A DNA stretch of 32,000 bases, from positions 90,001-122,000 of the forward strand of contig NZ_CP092368.1 of NCBI RefSeq assembly GCF_025021925.1, written 5' to 3'. The translations under genes were made by a program, and so were the position numbers. Source of the stretch: Candidatus Saccharimonadota bacterium (lineage in GTDB: Bacteria; Pseudomonadota; Alphaproteobacteria; Rickettsiales; Anaplasmataceae). Below, one piece after another: positions 18,239 through 26,822 of this stretch (the stretch's first letter is position 1; the number at the start of each line of letters is the position of its first letter). The notes under the pieces were generated by a model. That model was not told where the DNA came from and did not search any database. It worked only from the letters and a program-made list of their open reading frames with translations.

Positions 18239-19563
18239 CTACAAGTTTAAACGCTATCTTTAGCAAGATTAAAGGCAATTCTATCATTTCTGAAAATCAA
18301 TTCAATCTAGCAATACGTGAAATACGTGTAGCATTGATTGAAGCTGATGTTGCATTAGAAGTAATAAAAATATTTATCAGTAATATTAAAGATAAAGTCA
18401 TTGGAGAACAAATAATAAAACAAGTATCTCCAGTACAAGCGATTATAAAAATTGTTTATGATAATTTAGTGATGACACTTGGATCAGAAAAAAGTAATTT
18501 AAAGATTCATGAAAAAAAACTCACTATTATTATGTTAGTTGGTATACAAGGTTCAGGAAAAACAACTATTTCAGGTAAGTTAGCCCTAAAACTAAAACAA
18601 CAAAAGAAAAAAGTCATGCTTATATCTTTAGATATATATAGACCAGCTGCTCATACTCAACTTGAATTAATAGGCAAACAGATTGATGTACATACTTTAT
18701 CGCACATCATTAATGAAACTCCATGTGAGATTGCAAGAAGAGCAATAGAATTAGCAAAAAAAGAGAAGTATGACATAATAATTCTAGATACAGCAGGTAG
18801 ATTACATATTGATCATGAAATGATGCAGGAATTAAAAGATATCAAAGATATCACTAGACCTACAGAAATCTTGTTAATAGCAGATGCTATGATAGGACAA
18901 GATGCTATCAATATAGCAAAATCTTTTAATAAAATATTGGATCTCACTGGAATTATTCTAACACGTATTGACGGTGATTCTAGAGGTGGTGTTGCTCTTT
19001 CTATGAAGATGATGACTAAATGTCCTATTAAGTTTATTTCTTGCGGTGAAAAATTAAGTTCACTTGAGGATTTTTATCCTGAAAGGATTGCAAATCGTAT
19101 ACTTGATATGGGCGATATTGTTTCATTAGTAGAAAAAGCTACTGAAATTGTTGGGCAAGAGGAAATTGATAAGATACAAAAGAGAGTACAAAAGGGTAAA
19201 TTCGATTTTAATGATCTTATGAGAATATTAACAACTGTTAATAAAATGGATGGAATTAATAATATAATCAAATTTATGCCTGGATCTTTAACAAAAAGAA
19301 TTAATCCAAAAGGAGCATTAGATAATATTACAGTAAAAAAATATATATCTATTATCAGATCAATGACTAGAGAAGAAAAATTTAATCCTAATATCTTGAA
19401 TACAAAAAGAAGGATGAGGATTGTACAAGGCTCTGGTACAAAAATGTCAGATATTAATCTTTTGCTCAAACAGTATACGCAAATGCGTTCTATGATATAT
19501 AAACTGAGTAAAGTAGATCAGAAGAAATTACAGGAAAGTGATTTTATGAATATGTTGAATTGA
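18223..19563 (+). CDS. ffh: Signal recognition particle protein Ffh
   Basis: 446 aa. MFQSL..L...F.K N-domain, GIQGSGKTT, DTAGR, TRIDGDSRGG, and a Met-rich M domain. The start overlaps the preceding gene by 16 nt. Confidence 0.95.
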   Translation: MFQSLTTSLNAIFSKIKGNSIISENQFNLAIREIRVALIEADVALEVIKIFISNIKDKVIGEQIIKQVSPVQAIIKIVYDNLVMTLGSEKSNLKIHEKKLTIIMLVGIQGSGKTTISGKLALKLKQQKKKVMLISLDIYRPAAHTQLELIGKQIDVHTLSHIINETPCEIARRAIELAKKEKYDIIILDTAGRLHIDHEMMQELKDIKDITRPTEILLIADAMIGQDAINIAKSFNKILDLTGIILTRIDGDSRGGVALSMKMMTKCPIKFISCGEKLSSLEDFYPERIANRILDMGDIVSLVEKATEIVGQEEIDKIQKRVQKGKFDFNDLMRILTTVNKMDGINNIIKFMPGSLTKRINPKGALDNITVKKYISIIRSMTREEKFNPNILNTKRRMRIVQGSGTKMSDINLLLKQYTQMRSMIYKLSKVDQKKLQESDFMNMLN

Positions 19564-19575
19564 AAGATTAAAAGA

Positions 19576-19605
19576 ATTTTAATAATATAATGATATTATT
19601 AAAAT
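19576..19605. terminator. Candidate bidirectional hairpin between convergent ffh and rpsI (13-bp all-A/T stem, 4-nt loop)
   Basis: ATTTTAATAATAT-AATG-ATATTATTAAAAT. It begins 13 nt after the ffh stop. The stem is all A/T and thermodynamically weak. Confidence 0.25.
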
Positions 19606-19687
19606 CTTAAAAACTCAGAATGTATGGTAGAATATGTTATATATATATTGCTATTAATAATATTATATGGCTATATTTTATCTTAAA

Positions 19688-20149
19688 TTATCTTTTAGAA
19701 AACTGACACTTTTTCCTAGCTTTATGCTGACCATATTTTTTACGTTCTACAACACGTGAGTCTCTAGTTAAATGCTGATTTTCACGTAGAATCACATGTA
19801 AATCAGGTCTGATAATATTTAAAGCTTTACTTATGCCATGAGCTAGAGCGCCAGCCTGACCAGATAAACCTCCCCCTCTTACAGTTGCAAATACATCATA
19901 TTTATTTAATGTGCAAGTTGTAATAAAAGGTTTCTTGATGACCTGACAGACTGTGTCTCTCTTAAAGTATTCTTGAAGAGTACAATGCTGATTCACAATC
20001 CACTTACCACTACCTATTTTCATCCATACTCTAGCGACTGCTTCTTTTCTTCTACCAGTAGCATATGTACGCCCCAAAGAATCAATAATAGAATTCTTTA
20101 TGATTCCTTGTACTTTATCAAGCTTAAAATGTGTTATAGAAGCGTCCAT
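19688..20149 (-). CDS. rpsI: 30S ribosomal protein S9
   Basis: 153 aa. [28 protein letters not shown], and a C-terminal KARKK.QFSKR. Confidence 0.95.
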   Translation of the reverse strand: MDASITHFKLDKVQGIIKNSIIDSLGRTYATGRRKEAVARVWMKIGSGKWIVNQHCTLQEYFKRDTVCQVIKKPFITTCTLNKYDVFATVRGGGLSGQAGALAHGISKALNIIRPDLHVILRENQHLTRDSRVVERKKYGQHKARKKCQFSKR

Positions 20150-20166
20150 ATAAAATACTCCATATC

Positions 20167-20625
20167 TTACTTTTTATTTTTAGTATTAAAAGAGGCAAAA
20201 TCTATCCTCTCGGGTTGTTGTCCTTGATGTTTATGTTCTGGTCCAGAATAAACATATAAATTTTCAAATCTTCTTCGTGCGAGTGGACCACTATCAAGCA
20301 TTCTTTTTACTGCCATTTTGATTATCTTCTCAGGAAATTTGCTATTTAAAATATCTAAAGGAGTCTCTTGTTTTAATCCACCAGGATATCCTGTATGTCT
20401 ATAATAGATCTTGTCTTGCAATTTTTTTCCTGTCAAATGAATCTTATTTGCATTTACAATTATTACATAATCTCCACAATCCATATGAGGTGTATAGTCA
20501 GATTTATGCTTACCACGTAATAATTTTGCTACAAAAGATGCAAGTCTTCCTACTACTACATGATCTGCATCTATAATCAGCCATTTTTTATTAATCTGCT
20601 TCTTCTTTAAAAAGAAAGTTCTCAT
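20167..20625 (-). CDS. rplM: 50S ribosomal protein L13
   Basis: 152 aa. [36 protein letters not shown]. Canonical rplM-rpsI order. Confidence 0.95.
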   Translation of the reverse strand: MRTFFLKKKQINKKWLIIDADHVVVGRLASFVAKLLRGKHKSDYTPHMDCGDYVIIVNANKIHLTGKKLQDKIYYRHTGYPGGLKQETPLDILNSKFPEKIIKMAVKRMLDSGPLARRRFENLYVYSGPEHKHQGQQPERIDFASFNTKNKK

Positions 20626-20866
20626 CTATAGTCCAATTATATTGCATAGATATAAATACATTATATTCATGATATGTCAAGCACTAGAGTATCAACACTA
20701 CCTAATATAATAACATTTAAGAGCAAATTAGATGTAATATGATATGTTTCTCTGAATATCTTAAAAAATTCTTATAGCATATATTCATCAGTATTCGCAT
20801 GATAGAAGCTACAAGTATCTTGATCTCTTTAAATGAGTAATGTATATTTAACTGCATATCTAATTT

Positions 20867-20871
20867 GAGGA
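20867..20871 (+). promoter_or_regulatory. Shine-Dalgarno-like GAGGA upstream of the putative ATC/ATA rlmE start
   Basis: GAGGA lies 6 nt before ATC(20878) and 9 nt before ATA(20881). Confidence 0.4.
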
Positions 20872-20877
20872 TCCTGA

Positions 20878-21519
20878 ATCATAAAGAATAGACTAAAGAC
20901 TGCAAAAGGTAGAACCCTCTCTTCTATAAGATGGTTATCTCGTCATTTAAGTGATCACTATGTACAAAAAACTAGTATAAATGGCTATAGATCTAGATCT
21001 GCTTATAAACTAATAGAAATACATAATAGATTTAACTTACTATACCCTGGACAACGAGTTCTAGATTTAGGAGCTTCGCCTGGTGGATGGTCACAAGTTG
21101 CAACTAAACAAGGGGCACATGTGATTGCTATTGACATACAAGATATGAAACCAATTACTGGAGTGCAATGTATTAAGTGTGATATTGTGAATAATAGTCA
21201 CACTATAATTTCATCTCTAAAAGCTAAGAAATTTGATTTAATATTATCTGATATGGCATCACAAGCTTGTGGTATACACTCTTTACATCATATTAGAATT
21301 ATGATGTTATGCGAAGCAGCACTATCATATACTAAAGTATTATTAAAATCAGGAGGAGTATTTGTCGTTAAAATTCTGCAAGGAGAATATGATCAACATT
21401 TCTTTTTTGAATTAAAAAAACACTTTGATAAAGTACGATACTTTAAGCCTCAAGCTAGTCGCTCTGAATCCACAGAAATATATTTAATTAGCACAGGTTT
21501 TTACTCCATTACGCAATAA
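20878..21519 (+). CDS. rlmE: 23S rRNA (U2552 2'-O)-methyltransferase RlmE/FtsJ, apparently with a non-canonical ATC/ATA start
   Basis: The frame is open only from 20878 (TGA at 20875-20877). It encodes SSIRWLSRHLSDHYV, GYRSRSAYKL, LDLGASPGGWSQ (SAM motif I), ILSDMA and VVKILQG. There is no ATG/GTG/TTG before GTG 21121, which lies after motif I. Confidence 0.8.
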   Translation: MIKNRLKTAKGRTLSSIRWLSRHLSDHYVQKTSINGYRSRSAYKLIEIHNRFNLLYPGQRVLDLGASPGGWSQVATKQGAHVIAIDIQDMKPITGVQCIKCDIVNNSHTIISSLKAKKFDLILSDMASQACGIHSLHHIRIMMLCEAALSYTKVLLKSGGVFVVKILQGEYDQHFFFELKKHFDKVRYFKPQASRSESTEIYLISTGFYSITQ

Positions 21520-21541
21520 ATTTAGTATATATTACATCATT

Positions 21542-22162
21542 TTAGTCTTGTTCTATGGCATATCTCAATGCCATATGAGTAGCAAGCGCACTATTTACTA
21601 TAACAATAATACAAATTAATAAGGTAATAAATAACATATAAGTTGTTACCAAGACACTTGTACATTGAGCAAGTAATTTAAAATAAATGAAGGTTGGCAT
21701 GATCAGAGGCAAAATAAGAATCTGTGAGATTTCTGATGTAAGGTTCTCTTGTCCAATCATTAATGCATGACCAACAGCTGAAATATTAATGATAATTAAT
21801 GTATTAAATAATAAAGATATTCCTAATGTTAATGAGCGTGTCATACTCTCTCCAGAGAAACAGTGAAATATTGCAGCTATAATTGACATAGAGACACCAA
21901 ATAATAACCAATGATTAAAAATTTTAAACGCTATAATTAGATGTGACGATACTGGTTGTATAAAATACTGTTCTAATATTCCTTGACGATAGTCAGAGAT
22001 AAATAAATTTCCTGTGGAAATCTGTAAAACGCATGTAGTACATATCCATGTTAAAGTCAGTAATGTCTCATCCACTGTATTAATACTTACACATGTAAAT
22101 GAAGATACACTCATCATTATGATAAACATACATATGGTATATCCAAAATTCTTATTAGTCAT
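21542..22162 (-). CDS. ccmB: Heme exporter protein B (cytochrome c maturation ABC permease CcmB)
   Basis: 206 aa with about 6 TM segments. FISDYRQGILEQYFIQPVS...K..NHWLLFG resembles the CcmB F..D.EDGSLEQL...P block. LILPLIMPTFIYF resembles the L.LPL..P.LIF block. Confidence 0.7.
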   Translation of the reverse strand: MTNKNFGYTICMFIIMMSVSSFTCVSINTVDETLLTLTWICTTCVLQISTGNLFISDYRQGILEQYFIQPVSSHLIIAFKIFNHWLLFGVSMSIIAAIFHCFSGESMTRSLTLGISLLFNTLIIINISAVGHALMIGQENLTSEISQILILPLIMPTFIYFKLLAQCTSVLVTTYMLFITLLICIIVIVNSALATHMALRYAIEQD

Positions 22163-22448
22163 AGCAGTAATAGTGATTAATATAATATGAATATATCTCT
22201 CAATATATGATAATTATATATTAATCCGTAATTGCTCAAGTGATTTAAAGAGTATTAAATGATAGTAATAGCATTAATTATAGGATTTATTTTTATGTGA
22301 TATATTTAAGTAATTTTAGATATCAATAATGACCTATAATATGAATGAATTGTGCAAGAGACTTTATGATTAATTTTTGACTTATGAATAAAAGTCTTTC
22401 TTTAATATAGAAGTTTTGATATCCTAATTCAGGATAACCTGGCAATCA

Positions 22449-24083
22449 ATGAATGTAAAGAATAATGAATTTTTATTTCTTCCACTAGGCGGAATAGGAA
22501 AAATTGGCATGAATGTAAATCTATATCATTATGCTGGTAAATGGATTATAGTTGATCTAGGAATAGGATTTGCAGATCATAATATGCCAGGTGTTAATCT
22601 CTTGGTTGCAGATTTAGGTTTTATTGCAAGTAAAAAGAAAGATTTACTTGGAATTATCATTACTCATGCACATGAGGATCATTGTGGTGCATTACCTTAC
22701 TTATGGAAGGAATTACAGTGTCCAGTATATACTACTAAGTTTACAATGAATTTTTTAAAAGAAAAGTTCAAGGAATTTCGATTACAAGATCAAGTACCTT
22801 TAAAAGAAGTAAATATTAATGGTATTATCACTTTAGGTCCATTTACTATTGAATTTATTCATATGACTCATTCAATTCCTGAAGCACATGCAATCTTAAT
22901 TAGCGTGACTGTAGGTAGTGTATTGCATACAGGCGATTGGAAATTTGATCCTAAACCTGTGGTTGGAAATGTTTCTAACATCACACGCTTAAAAGAAATT
23001 GGGATCACAGGTGATTTACTCGCAGTAGTATGTGATTCAACCAATATATTAAGTACACAGAAACATGAGTCTGAAGGTGCATTATATGATAATATCCATA
23101 CTATAATAAAAAATTCTAAAAAATTAGTTGCTATCTCTCTCTTTGCTTCAAATGTTGCTAGAATTAAAACTATTGTACAAGTTGCACAATCTTTAAATAG
23201 ACAAGTAGTATTACTTGGCAGATCTTTATGTAGAATCGTAAAAGTAGCACAAGAAAGTGGATATTTAAGTACAAAATTCAATTTTTTAGATGCAAAACAC
23301 GCTAAAAACATTCCAAGAGATCAGCTTGTTCTCTTATGTACAGGATGTCAAGGAGAGCCAATGGCAGCAACCTCAAGACTCGCTTATCATACGCACCAAT
23401 CATTTAAAATACAACCAGGTGATACAATAATATTTTCATCAAAAACTATTCCTGGTAATGAAACTGAAATACGCGATATGTTGAATTCTTTTATTAATAT
23501 GGGAGTAGAGGTAATAACTGACAAAACAGACTATATACATGCTTCTGGTCATCCTACAAGAGTAGAATTACAGAAACTGTATTCCTTAATCAAACCAAAA
23601 ATTTCTATTCCAATTCATGGTGAATATATTCATATATATAAACATGTACAATTTGCGAAAAGTTGTGGGATTAAACAAGCTCTTATGCTATCACCAGGTG
23701 ATATGATTAATTTAGAAAATGGATATAAAAGTTATACTACTCATGCTGGATTTTTTGGTATTGATGGTGCATTTCTTAGGCATCCTAATAGTAATGTGAT
23801 TAAAATGCGTAAGAGTATGCGAGATTCTGGTTTAATTGTAGTAACAGTAATATTAGACAAGAATAATGTTCTGATTGCTAAGCCAATATTATTTGCACCT
23901 GGTGTGTTTGCAATGCGAGAAGATGCGTTGATTTTATACAAAATTATAGAAAAAATTGAATCAATATGTCATTTACACGAAAGTACAGGAATAAAACATA
24001 AAATTACAAACGCAATATTAGTCATTATAAGAGAATATGTATTAAAAAAACCTGTAATTCATATCCAAATAGAACAACTCTGA
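22449..24083 (+). CDS. rnj: Ribonuclease J (metallo-beta-lactamase/beta-CASP RNase)
   Basis: 544 aa. LPLGGIGKIGMN N-terminus, ITHAHEDHCGALP (HxHxDH), beta-CASP region, ..HASGH..  and IPIHGE motifs. Confidence 0.88.
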   Translation: MNVKNNEFLFLPLGGIGKIGMNVNLYHYAGKWIIVDLGIGFADHNMPGVNLLVADLGFIASKKKDLLGIIITHAHEDHCGALPYLWKELQCPVYTTKFTMNFLKEKFKEFRLQDQVPLKEVNINGIITLGPFTIEFIHMTHSIPEAHAILISVTVGSVLHTGDWKFDPKPVVGNVSNITRLKEIGITGDLLAVVCDSTNILSTQKHESEGALYDNIHTIIKNSKKLVAISLFASNVARIKTIVQVAQSLNRQVVLLGRSLCRIVKVAQESGYLSTKFNFLDAKHAKNIPRDQLVLLCTGCQGEPMAATSRLAYHTHQSFKIQPGDTIIFSSKTIPGNETEIRDMLNSFINMGVEVITDKTDYIHASGHPTRVELQKLYSLIKPKISIPIHGEYIHIYKHVQFAKSCGIKQALMLSPGDMINLENGYKSYTTHAGFFGIDGAFLRHPNSNVIKMRKSMRDSGLIVVTVILDKNNVLIAKPILFAPGVFAMREDALILYKIIEKIESICHLHESTGIKHKITNAILVIIREYVLKKPVIHIQIEQL

Positions 24084-24116
24084 AAAAGACGGAACCTCGT
24101 GATCACAAGGAATAAT

Positions 24117-24141
24117 GTAATATTACATAAGGTAATATTAC
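24117..24141 (+). terminator. Candidate 3' stem-loop after rnj (10-bp stem, 5-nt loop)
   Basis: GTAATATTAC-ATAAG-GTAATATTAC: the two copies are mutually complementary. It lies 34 nt after the rnj stop with no U-tract following. Confidence 0.3.
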
Positions 24142-24304
24142 TCATTCGCAGTACTATAATGCATCATCCCCGATGTAATTTTTTGACTGTATCAGTAATT
24201 CATGATAGAAGTCTTCTTGCATAAATAATTCGTAGATGATTTTTATCGATTTTCTTCTAGAGAATAATATACAAGATCATTCTTGATAATATGATCAAGG
24301 ATGA

Positions 24305-24679
24305 TCACTCCAGATTTTCCTGAAAAAAATCTACCTTTTCTACTTTATATTGAAATTCTGATGCAGTAGACAAAGGATCTTTTTTATAAGTAATTTTAGG
24401 CCATTTCTGAGAATATTCTATATTTATGCTATAAAATAATTTGAGATTATTTTGGACTGGATTAAGTGTTTGTGGATCTAATGTTAATATATCTATTACA
24501 GCGTCATCTGTAACAATTGCATCTAATGGACATTCAGGAATACATACTCCACAATCGATACATTCATCTGGATTGATCACAAGCATATTTTTACCTTCAT
24601 AAAAACAATCTACTGGACATACTTCTACACAATCGGTGTATTTGCACTTTATACATTTATCTGTTACAAAATGAGTCAT
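24305..24679 (-). CDS. fdxA: Ferredoxin, 7Fe/2x[4Fe-4S]-type (FdxA)
   Basis: [29 protein letters not shown]......[13 protein letters not shown] prefer the ATG at 24679, which gives the canonical MT(H/Y)VV N-terminus, over the upstream ATG at 24697. Confidence 0.9.
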   Translation of the reverse strand: MTHFVTDKCIKCKYTDCVEVCPVDCFYEGKNMLVINPDECIDCGVCIPECPLDAIVTDDAVIDILTLDPQTLNPVQNNLKLFYSINIEYSQKWPKITYKKDPLSTASEFQYKVEKVDFFQENLE

Positions 24680-25012
24680 ATAATACACCAATAACATATC
24701 TTGTATACATGAAAGGAAGTATTATTTCAATAATTTTTACTTAGTATCCTAACAAGATATCACATGTTAAACAATTAATTTACAAGATGATTGCTTTGAT
24801 CTATAATATCAACGTATATTAAGATTCTTACAAGAGCGCTTAAAATTATATTTAAAACAATAAATACATAAATCTCGTGATATCTCATAATTGATCAAGT
24901 TAGTATTATAGCATTTATTACATACATCTAATCAGGAAATGAGTATGAGGCAAGCTTTGAATATATATTATAAGAAGTGAAATATTGTAAAATCACAACA
25001 ACAGCAACATGA

Positions 25013-25026
25013 TCTATCATGATAGA
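25013..25026. promoter_or_regulatory. Perfect 14-bp palindrome TCTATCATGATAGA upstream of the peroxiredoxin gene
   Basis: All 7 pairs were checked base by base. It lies about 95-108 nt upstream of the prx ATG. Confidence 0.35.
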
Positions 25027-25039
25027 ATATGACATTCTC

Positions 25040-25070
25040 ATATCATATGCAAGATACTTGCATATGATAT
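25040..25070. promoter_or_regulatory. Perfect inverted repeat (14-bp arms, 3-nt spacer) upstream of the peroxiredoxin gene
   Basis: ATATCATATGCAAG-ATA-CTTGCATATGATAT, with all 14 pairs checked. It ends 50 nt before the prx ATG (25121). Confidence 0.45.
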
Positions 25071-25120
25071 CATCAAGATGTATAGTATAAGGACATTGAA
25101 ATAATAAAGAGGTATTCATT

Positions 25121-25720
25121 ATGAATCTTGTGACAAAATCTGCTATTGATTTTCTTGCTCCAGCTGTTCTTCCGGATGGAAAGATCATTGAGAATTTTTG
25201 CTTACGTGAATATATAAAAGATAAGTATGCAATACTGCTTTTTTACCCACTAAATTTTACTTTTGTATGTCCCACTGAATTAATTGCTCTTAATAATAGA
25301 ATCAGCGAATTTGCACAGCGTGATGTTGAAGTCATAGGAATCAGTGTAGATTCACAATTTTCACATTTAAAATGGCAAGAGACTCCTGTAAACGAGGGTG
25401 GTATAGGAAAAATAAGTTATTCTCTAATATCTGATATTACAAAATCTATCTCAAGAAACTATGGCGTATTATATAATGATGCAATTGCATTACGAGCAAC
25501 ATTTATTATAGATACTAAATTTATGATACGACACCAATCAATCAATGACTTACCTATTGGCCGTAATATTGATGAAATGATCAGACTAATTGATGCGCTT
25601 ATATTTCATACACAATATGGTGAAGTATGTCCTGCAGGATGGAATAGAGGTCAACCTGCTATACAACCTAGTAATGCTGGAATCTCTGATTATCTAAATT
25701 CTCACTGTGAAGAATTATAA
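25121..25720 (+). CDS. Typical 2-Cys peroxiredoxin (AhpC/Tsa family)
   Basis: 199 aa. FYPLNFTFVCPTEL (peroxidatic Cys) and GEVCPAGW (resolving Cys). An AAGAGG Shine-Dalgarno lies 8 nt upstream. Confidence 0.92.
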   Translation: MNLVTKSAIDFLAPAVLPDGKIIENFCLREYIKDKYAILLFYPLNFTFVCPTELIALNNRISEFAQRDVEVIGISVDSQFSHLKWQETPVNEGGIGKISYSLISDITKSISRNYGVLYNDAIALRATFIIDTKFMIRHQSINDLPIGRNIDEMIRLIDALIFHTQYGEVCPAGWNRGQPAIQPSNAGISDYLNSHCEEL

Positions 25721-26665
25721 ATGCACATTAATACTGAAGTACTCATTATTGGATCTGGGATTGCTGGTTATTCTGCTGCAATATATGCATCACGTGCACA
25801 ATTATCTCCAATAGTAATCACAGGATTACAATCTGGTGGTCAGCTTATGATGACCACTGATGTTGAAAACTATCCTGGCTTTATATCAGTGCAGGGGCCA
25901 GAATTGATGGTACAAATGAGATTACATGCAGAAAAAGTAGGAGCTCAAATAATAGATGATACGATAACACACATTAATCAATTTAAAGAAGTGCAAGACT
26001 TTCAATTTTGCGCTTCTGGTGAGTATCAAGACTATCATTCTAAGAGTGTTATTATTGCATCTGGTGCACAGGCAAAAACTCTGAATTTAGAAAGTGAAAA
26101 ACAATTTCAAGGGTATGGAGTATCATACTGTGCAACTTGTGATGGTGCATTTTTTAAAAATAAAGTGGTAGCAGTAATAGGAGGTGGTGATACAGCAGTT
26201 GAGGAAGCGATCTTTTTAACTCGTTTTACTAAATCAGTAATATTAATACATAGATCCCATAAGTTAAGAGCAGCACAAGTCACTCAAAATCAGATATTGA
26301 AAAATAAAAAAATCACAGTCATGTTAAATTATACTGTACAGTATATCCTAGGGATTTCTAATCCACATAAAGTCACTGGATTAATAATAAAATCAAATGA
26401 TGATGATGTATTACAAGAACTGCAAGTTGAAGGGGTTTTTATTGCAATTGGACATATACCTAATACAAGTGTTTTTAAAAGTTTTATTGATCTAGATCAG
26501 AATGGATATATTGTAACAAAACCTGGTACTACTCTCACGAGTAGATTAGGAGTCTTTGCTGCTGGTGATGTGCAAGATCACAGATATCGTCAAGCAGTTG
26601 TAGCAGCTGGGTCTGGATGTATGGCAGCTCTTGATGTAGAAAAATTTTTAGAATTATTAAATTAA
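25721..26665 (+). CDS. trxB: Thioredoxin reductase (low-Mr type)
   Basis: 314 aa. IIGSGIAGYSAAIYA, redox-active CATCDG, VIGGGDTAVEEA, GVFAAGDV. The ATG directly abuts the prx TAA. Confidence 0.93.
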   Translation: MHINTEVLIIGSGIAGYSAAIYASRAQLSPIVITGLQSGGQLMMTTDVENYPGFISVQGPELMVQMRLHAEKVGAQIIDDTITHINQFKEVQDFQFCASGEYQDYHSKSVIIASGAQAKTLNLESEKQFQGYGVSYCATCDGAFFKNKVVAVIGGGDTAVEEAIFLTRFTKSVILIHRSHKLRAAQVTQNQILKNKKITVMLNYTVQYILGISNPHKVTGLIIKSNDDDVLQELQVEGVFIAIGHIPNTSVFKSFIDLDQNGYIVTKPGTTLTSRLGVFAAGDVQDHRYRQAVVAAGSGCMAALDVEKFLELLN

Positions 26666-26746
26666 TCATTATCAGTATATTCTGAAGAAGAAATTAAAGA
26701 TTCAAACTTTTATCTATATATACACTCTCTAGATTAAAAAGGGATA

Positions 26747-26820
26747 TGGGATTGGTAGGGCTCGAACCTACGACCAATTCGTTATGAGCGAACTGCTCTA
26801 ACCAACTGAGCTACAATCCC
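26747..26820 (-). tRNA. tRNA with anticodon CAT (elongator Met or lysidine-modified Ile2; not initiator)
   Basis: Hand-folded cloverleaf: GGGATTG/TA/GCTC-AGTTGGTTA-GAGC/A/GTTCG-CTCATAA-CGAAT/TGGTC/GTAGG-TTCGAGC-CCTAC/CAATCCC/A. 74 nt, no encoded CCA. G1:C72 is paired and there is no GGG/CCC anticodon stem, so it is not tRNA-fMet. Confidence 0.9.
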
Positions 26821-26822
26821 CC

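Noticed and set aside
19074-19469. 131-aa minus-strand ORF antisense to ffh
   Set aside because: It is a shadow ORF with a low-complexity Ile/Leu/Ser/Phe-rich translation, inside an essential, motif-rich gene.
21121-21519. ORF-track call of a 132-aa protein starting at GTG 21121
   Set aside because: The same frame is open back to 20878. The upstream 81 codons encode the conserved RlmE N-terminus and SAM motif I, so the 132-aa call is a truncation artefact of requiring ATG/GTG/TTG.
22868-23311. 147-aa minus-strand ORF antisense to RNase J (also 23741-23941)
   Set aside because: It is a shadow ORF within a well-supported gene, with no motifs and no independent start context.
24095-24110. Near-palindrome CCTCGTGATCACAAGG right after the rnj stop as an intrinsic terminator
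   Set aside because: It has one internal C/A mismatch, the loop would be only 2-4 nt, the effective stem is 3+2 bp, and no U-tract follows. That is too weak to call.
24928-25188. 86-aa minus-strand ORF spanning the prx upstream region and the first 68 nt of prx
   Set aside because: It has no recognisable motif or RBS and runs antisense to a well-supported gene start. Its sequence is dominated by the palindromic spacer DNA. It is most likely a chance ORF.
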